From NCBI GenBank assembly GCA_965221375.1, contig OZ244883.1, positions 1,444,163 to 1,508,162 of the forward strand: 64,000 nt of DNA, in the 5' to 3' direction. Within the stretch, counting starts at the first letter, position 1. Each line of letters starts with the position of its first letter. The notes below the pieces were generated by a model. That model was not told the DNA's origin and did not search any database. It saw only the letters and a program-made list of their open reading frames with translations. Shown piece after piece: positions 9,826-18,241 of the stretch. The stretch comes from an uncultured candidatus Porisulfidus sp. Its GTDB lineage: Bacteria > Pseudomonadota > Gammaproteobacteria > Poriferisulfidales > Poriferisulfidaceae. The position numbers and the translations under genes were made by a program.

Positions 9826-10266
9826 ATGGACGAACGGGAATATCGGGAGACTTACCACGCGCTGAACGAGCAGCGCTGTCATTTCGAAAAGGCGATTAAC
9901 GCACGCAGTTGCGCCTGCCGCCACATGCATCGCTTCAATCTGGCCGACCGCGAAGGCGTGCAGTGCCTGAACGCCTCGGCCCATCGGTATTGTCACCAAT
10001 GGCTTCAGCAATTGCGGGAAGCCTCGCGTTTCGCCCTCGCACAAACCACCCACGCGCAAGCCCTGCCCCATCGATTGGAAGCCAAACTACAGGCAGGCGG
10101 TTTACTGGGCTTGGCGGATTTGTTGAATCATTCTGACGATACCCAGGATATTGCCGCTCTACTGGAACAAGCACTTGGACAATATGGCGATGTGGGGAAT
10201 ATCCCACTGCCGGACGTGGTTGATGCGGTGGTTGCGTACGAACCGCGACGTCGGAAACAGCGGTGA
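9826..10266 (+). CDS. Hypothetical Cys-containing protein
   Basis: 146-aa ORF 18 bp after the previous gene; five Cys in the N-terminal half. Confidence 0.7.
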   Translation: MDEREYRETYHALNEQRCHFEKAINARSCACRHMHRFNLADREGVQCLNASAHRYCHQWLQQLREASRFALAQTTHAQALPHRLEAKLQAGGLLGLADLLNHSDDTQDIAALLEQALGQYGDVGNIPLPDVVDAVVAYEPRRRKQR

Positions 10267-10292
10267 TTCGCTGAAACTTGACTGTAGTCTGG

Positions 10293-10756
10293 TGGGATGG
10301 CCCTACTTTTTTGGACAGTTTGAAGGCGAAATCAAGGTGTACTCAGTTGATATGATTTCTAGGGGACCATACTCCTCGAACAGCAAACTCCACCGCGCGC
10401 GACTCAACGACCCAGTCCTCGCAGAAAAAAATCCCGTTCAACCGTCAGTTTGTCAATCTCCGCATGAAGGTCTTGAATCATCTTCGCGGAATCCGATGTG
10501 GCCTTTCCCACAGGTGCCACGAAAACTTCCTCGAGGCCCTTGACCGCCTGTCGTTTCCAAGCCCTCACCTGATTCGGATGCACTTCATGCCGCGACGCGA
10601 TTGCCTGAATCGTGTCTCGCTCGCGCAACGCCTCAAGCACTACCCGCTTCTTGAATTCCGCCGTGAACCGGCGTCTCTTTCTGGCCATGTCTGATGACTC
10701 CCTAAGCCCTTGGAGGACACTATAACGACCTGTCCGAAAAAGTTAGGACCACCTCA
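10293..10756 (-). mobile_element. Internally deleted IS3-family element (464 bp, non-autonomous)
   Basis: Imperfect terminal inverted repeats: TGGGATGGCCCTACTTTTTTGGACAG at 10293 and the reverse complement of the right end, TGAGGTGGTCCTAACTTTTTCGGACAG (TG...CA ends). OrfA is intact and OrfB is reduced to a short remnant. Confidence 0.85.
10404..10688 (-). CDS. IS3-family transposase OrfA (HTH)
   Basis: RRRFTAEFKKRVVLEAL...HEVHPNQVRAWK...LTVERDFF, with a T7 run near its 3' end. Confidence 0.9.
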   Translation of the reverse strand: MARKRRRFTAEFKKRVVLEALRERDTIQAIASRHEVHPNQVRAWKRQAVKGLEEVFVAPVGKATSDSAKMIQDLHAEIDKLTVERDFFLRGLGR

Positions 10757-10774
10757 GAACCGCTTTGCTTATGT

Positions 10775-11386
10775 TTAAGGTGCGATACCAACTAGCACAA
10801 GAGGAACAGCGGGACTGTTGCGGCCTTGGCGAATAAGATTAAGCAAATCACGCTCGTAATAAGGCACACCCGATGACATATTTTTCTCCAATTCTTTCAT
10901 CGGTAATATCTCAATACCTACATCAATCATGCCGGATACAAAAAAGGCCATGTGCTTGACAAACAGATCATGAGCTACAAATGCATACTTGCCAAACTGC
11001 ACTTCCACCGCGACTCGTTCTTTTAGAAAATCCGTCTGATTGTATGAAGGAATGGCTTTTAGTCCCGCAGCTTCTATAACCTCTTTCTGCTGGTCCGCCG
11101 CAAGTTTCAATATGTCACGCAATACATTAACATCCGAAGTTACCCAGAAAGGTTGCCGATTTTGTCGCCAACCCGTATTTTCAAGTTGATGTTTTAATGC
11201 TTTGTTCATATCCACCGGCGAATATAAAACCTTCCCTGGCCGCGTTTTTTCGCGCGAAACTTTTGTCAGACAAGATTTAGCGTCTACCGCGTGGATGGCC
11301 TGCTCAACCTCACGCCAAAGCTGTTCGCGATGAACCAATAAATATTCTTTCCCGTTTAAATGAGAATATATTTCTATGATTCGCAC
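10775..11386 (-). CDS. Type II restriction endonuclease, BstYI/BglII family
   Basis: 203 aa; YSHLNG, NQTDFLKERVAVEVQFGKY (D...ExQ catalytic motif), EILPMK, MSSG and PAVPLVLVGIAP closely resemble R.BstYI as I recall it. Confidence 0.9.
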   Translation of the reverse strand: MRIIEIYSHLNGKEYLLVHREQLWREVEQAIHAVDAKSCLTKVSREKTRPGKVLYSPVDMNKALKHQLENTGWRQNRQPFWVTSDVNVLRDILKLAADQQKEVIEAAGLKAIPSYNQTDFLKERVAVEVQFGKYAFVAHDLFVKHMAFFVSGMIDVGIEILPMKELEKNMSSGVPYYERDLLNLIRQGRNSPAVPLVLVGIAP

Positions 11387-12339
11387 TCGTGACCACCATT
11401 AGATTTTTTTGGATCATAGACGGGTTTCCCCATTGGGCGGGTTTTCAATGTGCCGTTTCGAAAAGCTTCTACACGCTGTTGCGCAATCTGAACATATTCT
11501 TTGACAATGTCACAACCATAGCCTTCACGCTCATGCATAATTGCTGCAATGACAGAAGAACCAACCCCCATATAAGGATCCAATACAGAGTCTCCGCGAT
11601 TCGTCAACGAAAGCACCAGTCTCTCAACCAATTCGACAGGAAATTGGCATGGATGCAGAGTTTTTTCGACGTGGTTGTTTTTGACATTTGGGAAAATCCA
11701 TACATCGCTGGGATTTTTACCCCTAGGATTGCCCGACAAACGGCCTTTGTTGGGGCCCTTGAAATGTTTTTTCCCCGGATATTTTGCCGGCACCCGAACT
11801 GGGTCCAAGTTGAATATGTAGTCGTTCGTTTTTGTAAACCAGTTGATTGTTTCGTAACGTCCAGAAAAGCGTTTTGAGCAATGCAGACCATGTTCAAAAT
11901 GCCAGACAATACGATTTCTTAATTTCAGGCCGTGTTCTTTGAATAATGGGTACAGCACCACATCAAGTGGAGATATCTCGCCTTTGTTCACATGATTGCC
12001 TACCTGCCAACATAATGAGCCATTGGGTCGAAGCAGTCGCACACATTCTGAAATCACTTGTTTCTGACTTTCAATGTACGCTTCAAGCGATTGTTGTTTC
12101 TCATAGGACTTCCGCAAATTGTACGGAGGAGAAGTAACGATTAACTGCATAGACTCGTCGGAAAGGTCCTGCATAAACTCCAAGTTATCCTGGCACTGAA
12201 TAACAGCTTTTATGGAGTGATTTTCTTTTTTTCTGCTGGGCACGCCGCGGATATTGCGCGGCGGCATTTTTGTGAAATTTGGTGCAGAAGGCAGCACAAG
12301 ATCGATTTGTGACATGTGTAGTCGCGCTTCCTCTGGCAA
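11374..12339 (-). CDS. Beta-class amino (probably N4-cytosine) DNA methyltransferase, cognate of the endonuclease
   Basis: TSPPY catalytic motif precedes HPCQFP and the SAM-binding LDPYMGVGS motif; overlaps the endonuclease start by 13 bp. Confidence 0.92.
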   Translation of the reverse strand: MPEEARLHMSQIDLVLPSAPNFTKMPPRNIRGVPSRKKENHSIKAVIQCQDNLEFMQDLSDESMQLIVTSPPYNLRKSYEKQQSLEAYIESQKQVISECVRLLRPNGSLCWQVGNHVNKGEISPLDVVLYPLFKEHGLKLRNRIVWHFEHGLHCSKRFSGRYETINWFTKTNDYIFNLDPVRVPAKYPGKKHFKGPNKGRLSGNPRGKNPSDVWIFPNVKNNHVEKTLHPCQFPVELVERLVLSLTNRGDSVLDPYMGVGSSVIAAIMHEREGYGCDIVKEYVQIAQQRVEAFRNGTLKTRPMGKPVYDPKKSNGGHECES

Positions 12340-12455
12340 ATTCGTCTGTGATGTTAAGATTTTATGCTATATCGAAATGCGCACCCGATATTTTTTGTTT
12401 GCGAAACTTAAATGATCTTGATTTTCATATTTTTATCAAAAAACACCTCAGTACG

Positions 12456-12503
12456 TTGCTAAGTCATTAAATGCCGACAAATATCCGAAACCTGTGACGG
12501 CAG
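12456..12503 (-). repeat. Degenerate copy of the last 14 codons and stop of the CbbO/NorD-like gene (direct repeat with 13332-13379)
   Basis: 40/48 identity by manual alignment; translates LPSQVSDICRHLMT* versus LPSQVSDIYRRLTT*. Confidence 0.85.
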
Positions 12504-12606
12504 AGTTGATAACTCTGTCGAATCATTCCCATGGTATTCAAGTTACAGAACCATACCGACGAAGTGCCTCTAAAGAACAGATATCTATCTTGATATTTTT
12601 GTTTTA

Positions 12607-12629
12607 TATAATCGTAGTATGACTACGAT
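12607..12629 (+). promoter_or_regulatory. -10 box plus perfect inverted repeat centred on the abiEi start codon
   Basis: TATAAT at 12607-12612; ATCGTAGT-ATG-ACTACGAT at 12611-12629. Confidence 0.6.
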
Positions 12630-13305
12630 AAAAAGAAATAAATTATATAACCTCTACACGAGGAACGCATCAGGGATACCGCTGACAGCAAGGGACCTTG
12701 CCTCTCTTGGAATATCGGCTGATCTTGCCGTCTACTATGCCCGAGCGGGCTGGCTTACACGGCTTGCACGCGGAGTCTATTGTCGCCCCAATGACCCACT
12801 AGCTCTATATCCCAGTCTGGCACTGCTTCAGAGAAACTTCGCAGGACTCCATGTCGGCGGTAAGTCGGCACTCGACTGGAATGGCATACGTCACCATGTC
12901 CGAGCACGGCCTACCCTCCAGCTGTATGGGTGGGAATCAGGGCGTCTTCCGGAATGGTTTACGGACCGGTTCCCCTCAGAATATCGCCGCAAGCGGATAT
13001 TTAAGGAAAAAGCCCAAACTCTGCTTCATGTCCGACCTTACGAGAATCGCAAGGAGGCTCCGCTTGTTTCAGCACCCGAACGTGCCCTATTGGAAATGCT
13101 AAGCGAGGTTGGAACAAGGCAGCCACTGCAGGAAGCGCGCGAACTTATGGAGAGCACCTACAACCTGAGAGCCGATGTGCTGCAGGACCTGCTCAAACAT
13201 TGCATCAGTGTCAAGACCGTACGTTTTTGCCTGACTCTCGGCCGCAAACTCTCCCTACCTTGGGTAGAAAGCCTTGATCCAGCTCAGTTGCCGATAGGGA
13301 AGTAA
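12619..13305 (+). CDS. abiEi: Type IV toxin-antitoxin AbiEi-family antitoxin/regulator (orphan, possibly C-terminally truncated)
   Basis: N-terminal wHTH (GWLTRLARGVY), LHVGGKSAL, SAPERALLEML and CISVKTVR. No abiEii toxin gene follows. Confidence 0.85.
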   Translation: MTTIKRNKLYNLYTRNASGIPLTARDLASLGISADLAVYYARAGWLTRLARGVYCRPNDPLALYPSLALLQRNFAGLHVGGKSALDWNGIRHHVRARPTLQLYGWESGRLPEWFTDRFPSEYRRKRIFKEKAQTLLHVRPYENRKEAPLVSAPERALLEMLSEVGTRQPLQEARELMESTYNLRADVLQDLLKHCISVKTVRFCLTLGRKLSLPWVESLDPAQLPIGK

Positions 13306-13334
13306 CTACCCCTACTCTCGAATTCTGCCACTTG

Positions 13335-15428
13335 CTAAGTCGTCAAACGCCGGTAAATATCCGAAACTTGAGACGGTAGTCTTCGAATATCACTGACAAC
13401 GGTGTAACCTGCCGGACCGTACATCCGAGGCAGGTATTCGACTCCTTGCTCATCAATGGTGATGCAGAAAGGATGAATGCCATCATAACGCGCCTCAATT
13501 AGCGCCTGTCGAGTGTCTTCGATTCCATATTCGCCGCGATAGTCTGTGTAGTCTTCTGGACGACCGTCCGACAAGGTCACCAGCAGTTTGCTGCGTGCTT
13601 CGACAGCACCCAATTGTTTGGACAAGTGTCGAATGGCCACACCCATGCGGGTGTAATCCTGCGGCTGCATGCCGCTGATGCGAGCAGCCACAGTCGCATC
13701 GTAAGATTCGTCGAAACGCTTAATGCCATACAGTTCGCAACGTTTGCGCGTGATGCCGGAAAAACCATAAATCGCATATTGATCGCGCAGACGTTCCAAA
13801 GCTTCGCACAACAGAATCAGGGCTTCACGTTCCATTTCATTGACCCAGCCTTTCGTCGAGCCGCTCATATCCACCATGAACATCACGGCAATGCTCCGCT
13901 CATTTCGAGCTTGACGCATGAATACCCGCTGAGTCATTTCCCGGCCGACGCGAGCATCTGATATGGCGCAGACCAACGCATCCAGGTCGACATCGTCTCC
14001 ATCAGGCTCCCGGCGCAACACACTGGGAGCACTGCGGATAATCTCGAATGTGCGGCACAACGACTGCGCCAGACCGTGATGCTTCTTCAACGTACGCTGC
14101 GGGAAATCATCAAATTTTGGATGCGCCTGCCGCTCGCGCAGCACACACCAGTTTTTACGGTAACTGCCCCGAGCGTAATCCCACTCCTGATAGTGATGCG
14201 CCCCTTCCTCGTGATAAACCCCTTTCCACACATCCTCCGCACTGCGTCCTTGCGCTCGTGCGTCGTATTCCCCGGGTCCTGCCGGCACCAGATACTCATC
14301 GGGAATCTGCCCCAGGTCCTGATGGATAGAAGCCATGAGCCGCACCACCTCCGTTGGAGGCTCCACCGGCTGATCTTCCAATAGCAACGTGGTCGGCGCT
14401 TCATCCACCATCATCTGATCCATTTCCGGCAATTTGAATGCTCCGGATGTTGGCTGCACCGGGCTTTCTTGGTCCTGCATCATGGCCAAGGCTTCACGAA
14501 ATTCCTGCTTTTCCTTGTCCACCCGCGTCTGCCAACTTTCTTTGACAATGACCGGACGCAACACGCCCTGATAGCAACAAGGAGCGGGAGAGGTTTCGTC
14601 ATACAGTTGATTCAGCCATTCCAAACTATCTTGCGATTTTGCTCCCGGTTTGCGCAACGCTTTTACTGCTTCACTCCAGACCGGTGGAGGCTCAGCGTCA
14701 TCCAATCGTTGCCGCAAAGAACTCTGCAGTCGCGCCACCCCGGGCAAATCACGCGAAATGCACGCATCCAAGCGTATAACCTCCAATCCATGAAAAATCT
14801 TGAGCGCGCACTCCGGATCTGAATATTGATCCCACTGGGTCAGGCGCGCCCGTCGCCAAGTGCCATACCAGCACTGTGTCCAAAGATGTGCCGCCATGGC
14901 TTTATACAATCCAAAGTTGTCCTGCTTGTTGTCGAATCGGTGTATCAGTTCCGGCAAATAAAGTGTTTCCGTATCCGTATAGGCTTGCTCTCCCGGTTCC
15001 AGTTTCAGCAAGCGACCACTGAGACCATGAATAAATCCTTCCAGCACCCGGCGCACTTCTTCCAGCGTCAAGGCCTGTTCCCGTTCCTGGTATTCCTGGG
15101 CGAACTGCTCCAAGGCCTGAATCTGTGCTATCCCGGACGACAAGCCCTCCCGATCAAAACTGTCCATTGCCGACAGAATCCAAGTCTCCGCGGCTTCCAG
15201 GTCCAGCTGACGCAAAGCGTCTGCGGCAAAGTTGGCAACCTGATAGCCCATCTCCGAACTGGTGCGGGAGACCGCCGCCACCCAATGCAGCACGAAATCC
15301 TGTTCGCGCCGGCTTCGTGCCGCCAAACTCTGGGCCGGTCCCTGCGCCGTGCGTCGTGAAGACAACACCGCATCGACATGTTCCTCCAAACGTTCTTCCA
15401 GTTCTTCGGCACTGTAGGGCTGAGACAT
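13335..15428 (-). CDS. von Willebrand factor A domain protein, CbbO/NorD family
   Basis: AYTDTETLYLP, YQEWDY, DGDDVDLDA, MIDAS motif DMSGS, YTRMGVAIRH and LSDGRP. Start placed at MSQPYS (the ORF track starts at 15458). Confidence 0.88.
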   Translation of the reverse strand: MSQPYSAEELEERLEEHVDAVLSSRRTAQGPAQSLAARSRREQDFVLHWVAAVSRTSSEMGYQVANFAADALRQLDLEAAETWILSAMDSFDREGLSSGIAQIQALEQFAQEYQEREQALTLEEVRRVLEGFIHGLSGRLLKLEPGEQAYTDTETLYLPELIHRFDNKQDNFGLYKAMAAHLWTQCWYGTWRRARLTQWDQYSDPECALKIFHGLEVIRLDACISRDLPGVARLQSSLRQRLDDAEPPPVWSEAVKALRKPGAKSQDSLEWLNQLYDETSPAPCCYQGVLRPVIVKESWQTRVDKEKQEFREALAMMQDQESPVQPTSGAFKLPEMDQMMVDEAPTTLLLEDQPVEPPTEVVRLMASIHQDLGQIPDEYLVPAGPGEYDARAQGRSAEDVWKGVYHEEGAHHYQEWDYARGSYRKNWCVLRERQAHPKFDDFPQRTLKKHHGLAQSLCRTFEIIRSAPSVLRREPDGDDVDLDALVCAISDARVGREMTQRVFMRQARNERSIAVMFMVDMSGSTKGWVNEMEREALILLCEALERLRDQYAIYGFSGITRKRCELYGIKRFDESYDATVAARISGMQPQDYTRMGVAIRHLSKQLGAVEARSKLLVTLSDGRPEDYTDYRGEYGIEDTRQALIEARYDGIHPFCITIDEQGVEYLPRMYGPAGYTVVSDIRRLPSQVSDIYRRLTT

Positions 15429-15481
15429 AGACCGGTACAATTCCAATATGCCCATCAATTTTAAAGAATGGTCCTGCCTTT

Positions 15482-16099
15482 ATGTCTCCGGTTCCTGAAC
15501 AACTGAATCTTGATCGACACGCCCGGGAACTGCGGATCACCTTCGACGACGGTTCCGCCTTTGTGCTGCCGTGCGAATACTTGCGAGTCTTCTCGCCTTC
15601 GGCCGAAGTCAAGGCTGCGCGAAACCGGGGTGACCTGGTCACCGACAAGCAGAGCGTCAATATCGAACGGATCGAACCGTATGGCAGCTATGCGGTGCGA
15701 CTTTATTTCAGTGACGGCCACGACACCGGTATCTATTCCTGGGAGACGCTCTACGATCTTGGCAAAAACCAGCAATTGAACTGGCAGCAGTATTTGATGA
15801 GTCTTGAGCAACGCGATATGGCTGCCGCTCCCGATGGGGACCGCACGGTGACGGTGTTGCTGTTTGCGACGCTGGCGGAAAAACTGGATCGTGAAAAGTT
15901 GGAAGTGACTCTCCCGAATGAAGTCGGGACGGTGGCTGAGTTGATGTACTGGCTACGCCAACGCGGCAAGGATTGGCATGAGGCTATCGATCCCAGTCGC
16001 TTGACCGTGACAGTCAACCGCCAATTTGCAGAAGTCACCACCCGGCTGCGACACGGGGATGAAGTTTCACTGACACCGATTTACAAAAAAGAACGCTAG
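15482..16099 (+). CDS. DUF971 (GBBH-like N-terminal) domain fused to a MoaD/ThiS-like domain
   Basis: LPCEYLRVFSPSAEV...GSYAVRLYFSDGHDTGIYSW, then VTVLLFATLAE...TVNRQF...LRHGDEVSLTP. No C-terminal GG. Confidence 0.88.
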   Translation: MSPVPEQLNLDRHARELRITFDDGSAFVLPCEYLRVFSPSAEVKAARNRGDLVTDKQSVNIERIEPYGSYAVRLYFSDGHDTGIYSWETLYDLGKNQQLNWQQYLMSLEQRDMAAAPDGDRTVTVLLFATLAEKLDREKLEVTLPNEVGTVAELMYWLRQRGKDWHEAIDPSRLTVTVNRQFAEVTTRLRHGDEVSLTPIYKKER

Positions 16100-17409
16100 A
16101 CAGGCCCGGCTCCCATCCACCACAACATTACCCCCGTCAGCGCACAAACCCCCAGCACCGGCACCACCGGCACACGTCCGGCCGACAGCGCCAACAACGC
16201 CAAGCCCGTCATTAAAGCCATATCCATGTCCGGCGCTGCTTGCCAGCCGTGTGTCCAAATTACATATCCGGCAAACATAGCCGCCAAATTCAGCATCACC
16301 CCCACCACTGCGGCAGTAATGGCGGTCAGCGGTGCCGTAAACGCGGGCCGACGGTGTGTTGTTTCAATATACGGCGCTCCAATGAAAATAAATAAAAACG
16401 AAGGCAAAAACGTATACCAGGCCGCGATTAAGGCGGCCACCACGCCGGCCGTCCACACCTGTCCCGACCCCAGCAGTTGCCCTTCGAAACCTCCGATGAA
16501 TCCGACGAAGGAAGTAATCATGACCAGCGGGCCTGGGATCAACTCCCGCAGCGCCAAGCCGTCGATCATCTGCGCCGCCGTCAACCACTCATAATGCTCA
16601 ACGGCACTCTGATAGACGTACGGCAAGACCGCATAAGCGCCACCAAACGACAAGACCGCGGCTTTGCTGAAAAACACGGCCATGTCGGTCAGGGTTCCAC
16701 TGGCATCCAGCCAGTAGGCCAACGCATACACTGCAAACCACAAGCCGATACCAGCCCCGATAAGTCGAACAACTTGCCTTCTGGAAATTGATACGGATTT
16801 GCTGGACTCTTCAAGGTCCGGGTCTGAAGTGCCCGGAGTTTGTAGCCAAGCAGGCGCGATGTGGTAAATCAACCAGCCCAACACCCCTGCCGAAATAATA
16901 ATCAACGGAAAAGGCAAGTCGTAGACGAACAATCCGACAAATGCGCCCAACATGACTCCCCACAGCAACACATTGCTCAAGACACGTCGCCCGATACGCC
17001 AGATCGCATACAAGATGACCGCCGTCACCGCCGGTTTGACTCCATAAAGCAAGGCCGCTACCCACTGAATATCCGCGAATGCCAGATACAGCCATGCCAA
17101 CACCATGATCATCAAAAGCGACGGTGCAACAAACAAAATACCGGCCATCAGACCTCCGAGACGACCATGCAGCAGCCAGCCGATATACGTGGCCAGTTGC
17201 TGGGCTTCCGGCCCGGGCAGGACCATCGTGTAGTTGAGCGCATGGAGAAAACGCCGCTCCGAAATCCAGCGCAGGCGCTCCACCAACTCCAAATGCATGA
17301 TCCCGATGGCGCCGCCGGGGCCGCCAAAACTGATCAAACCCAAACGTAGCCAGTAGCGCATCGCGCGCCAAAAACTGAGGGATGTTGTCGTTACATTCGG
17401 AGTGCCCAT
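16096..17409 (-). CDS. chrA: Chromate transporter family (CHR) protein
   Basis: ISFGGP, LPGPEAQQ, SFGGAYAVLP and ITAAVVGV motifs; two-domain long-chain form. Confidence 0.9.
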   Translation of the reverse strand: MGTPNVTTTSLSFWRAMRYWLRLGLISFGGPGGAIGIMHLELVERLRWISERRFLHALNYTMVLPGPEAQQLATYIGWLLHGRLGGLMAGILFVAPSLLMIMVLAWLYLAFADIQWVAALLYGVKPAVTAVILYAIWRIGRRVLSNVLLWGVMLGAFVGLFVYDLPFPLIIISAGVLGWLIYHIAPAWLQTPGTSDPDLEESSKSVSISRRQVVRLIGAGIGLWFAVYALAYWLDASGTLTDMAVFFSKAAVLSFGGAYAVLPYVYQSAVEHYEWLTAAQMIDGLALRELIPGPLVMITSFVGFIGGFEGQLLGSGQVWTAGVVAALIAAWYTFLPSFLFIFIGAPYIETTHRRPAFTAPLTAITAAVVGVMLNLAAMFAGYVIWTHGWQAAPDMDMALMTGLALLALSAGRVPVVPVLGVCALTGVMLWWMGAGPV

Positions 17410-17461
17410 GACCGCTTATCTACAACTGCCTATAATAGGTTTACCAACATGGAGGTTTGTT

Positions 17462-17776
17462 ATGTCTAACGATATTACTTCGCGTTCCGGAGCAGTGGTC
17501 GGACAATGGGATGGACAAGACGTCCGCACCCTGCAGGAAGAATTGGCTCGCATCAAAAGGGAAGTCCCGGACGATCGCGTGGAACCGAATGGAGTCCCAC
17601 ACCAGGACCAGTTTCCGGATGATTTGAAAGGGTTCACCGCTTACATCTTGTGGGCCTGCGACACAGCCGGGACGTGTCTCGTGGGTTCAGGCGCCAATCG
17701 CACGGAAACGGTGGAATCTATTCGCGAGTTCTACGCCAATGACATTGCCAAGGATGCGATAGCGCGAAACGATTAA
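17462..17776 (+). CDS. Hypothetical protein (104 aa)
   Basis: GGAGG RBS before ATG 17462; TATAAT at ~17431. Confidence 0.7.
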   Translation: MSNDITSRSGAVVGQWDGQDVRTLQEELARIKREVPDDRVEPNGVPHQDQFPDDLKGFTAYILWACDTAGTCLVGSGANRTETVESIREFYANDIAKDAIARND

Positions 17777-17794
17777 ACCCACTAACCGTTCCAA

Positions 17795-18136
17795 CTAATT
17801 GATTTGGCTGGAAGCGTTAGCAAGAAAACTGGCCAGCGGCGGCGCTTGGTCGATTTCGATTTCCAGCTCCTCGTTGAGAGGCAAAGAACCCTCTTGAATC
17901 AAGGGCAACAACTGTTCGCCTACCTGTAGCACGATCAGCATGCCCTGACGGTTGGGATCGGTCTCATCCAATGCGCTGCTTTGGCTGCGCAGCGCCTCCA
18001 AATAAGCCGCAAACTGCGACGCTTGCACCGCCGTATCCAGTTGCTGGAATTCTTCCACAAACATTAGACGCAGGCTAAAGCCGGCGCCATCCTCCGATGT
18101 TTCCGTGCTGATACGCACAGGACCTTCGATAATCAT
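17795..18136 (-). CDS. Hypothetical protein (113 aa)
   Basis: Acidic, helical-looking ORF filling the gap and divergent from cca. Confidence 0.65.
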   Translation of the reverse strand: MIIEGPVRISTETSEDGAGFSLRLMFVEEFQQLDTAVQASQFAAYLEALRSQSSALDETDPNRQGMLIVLQVGEQLLPLIQEGSLPLNEELEIEIDQAPPLASFLANASSQIN

Positions 18137-18241
18137 TTGACGTCAAAACCCTATAGGAATGGCGTATTGTACTGTTTTGCCTAATCAGTCTCCGTACGTC
18201 ATCCACGCACATCCACTGCCAGTCTGCGTTACGCTATAGTC

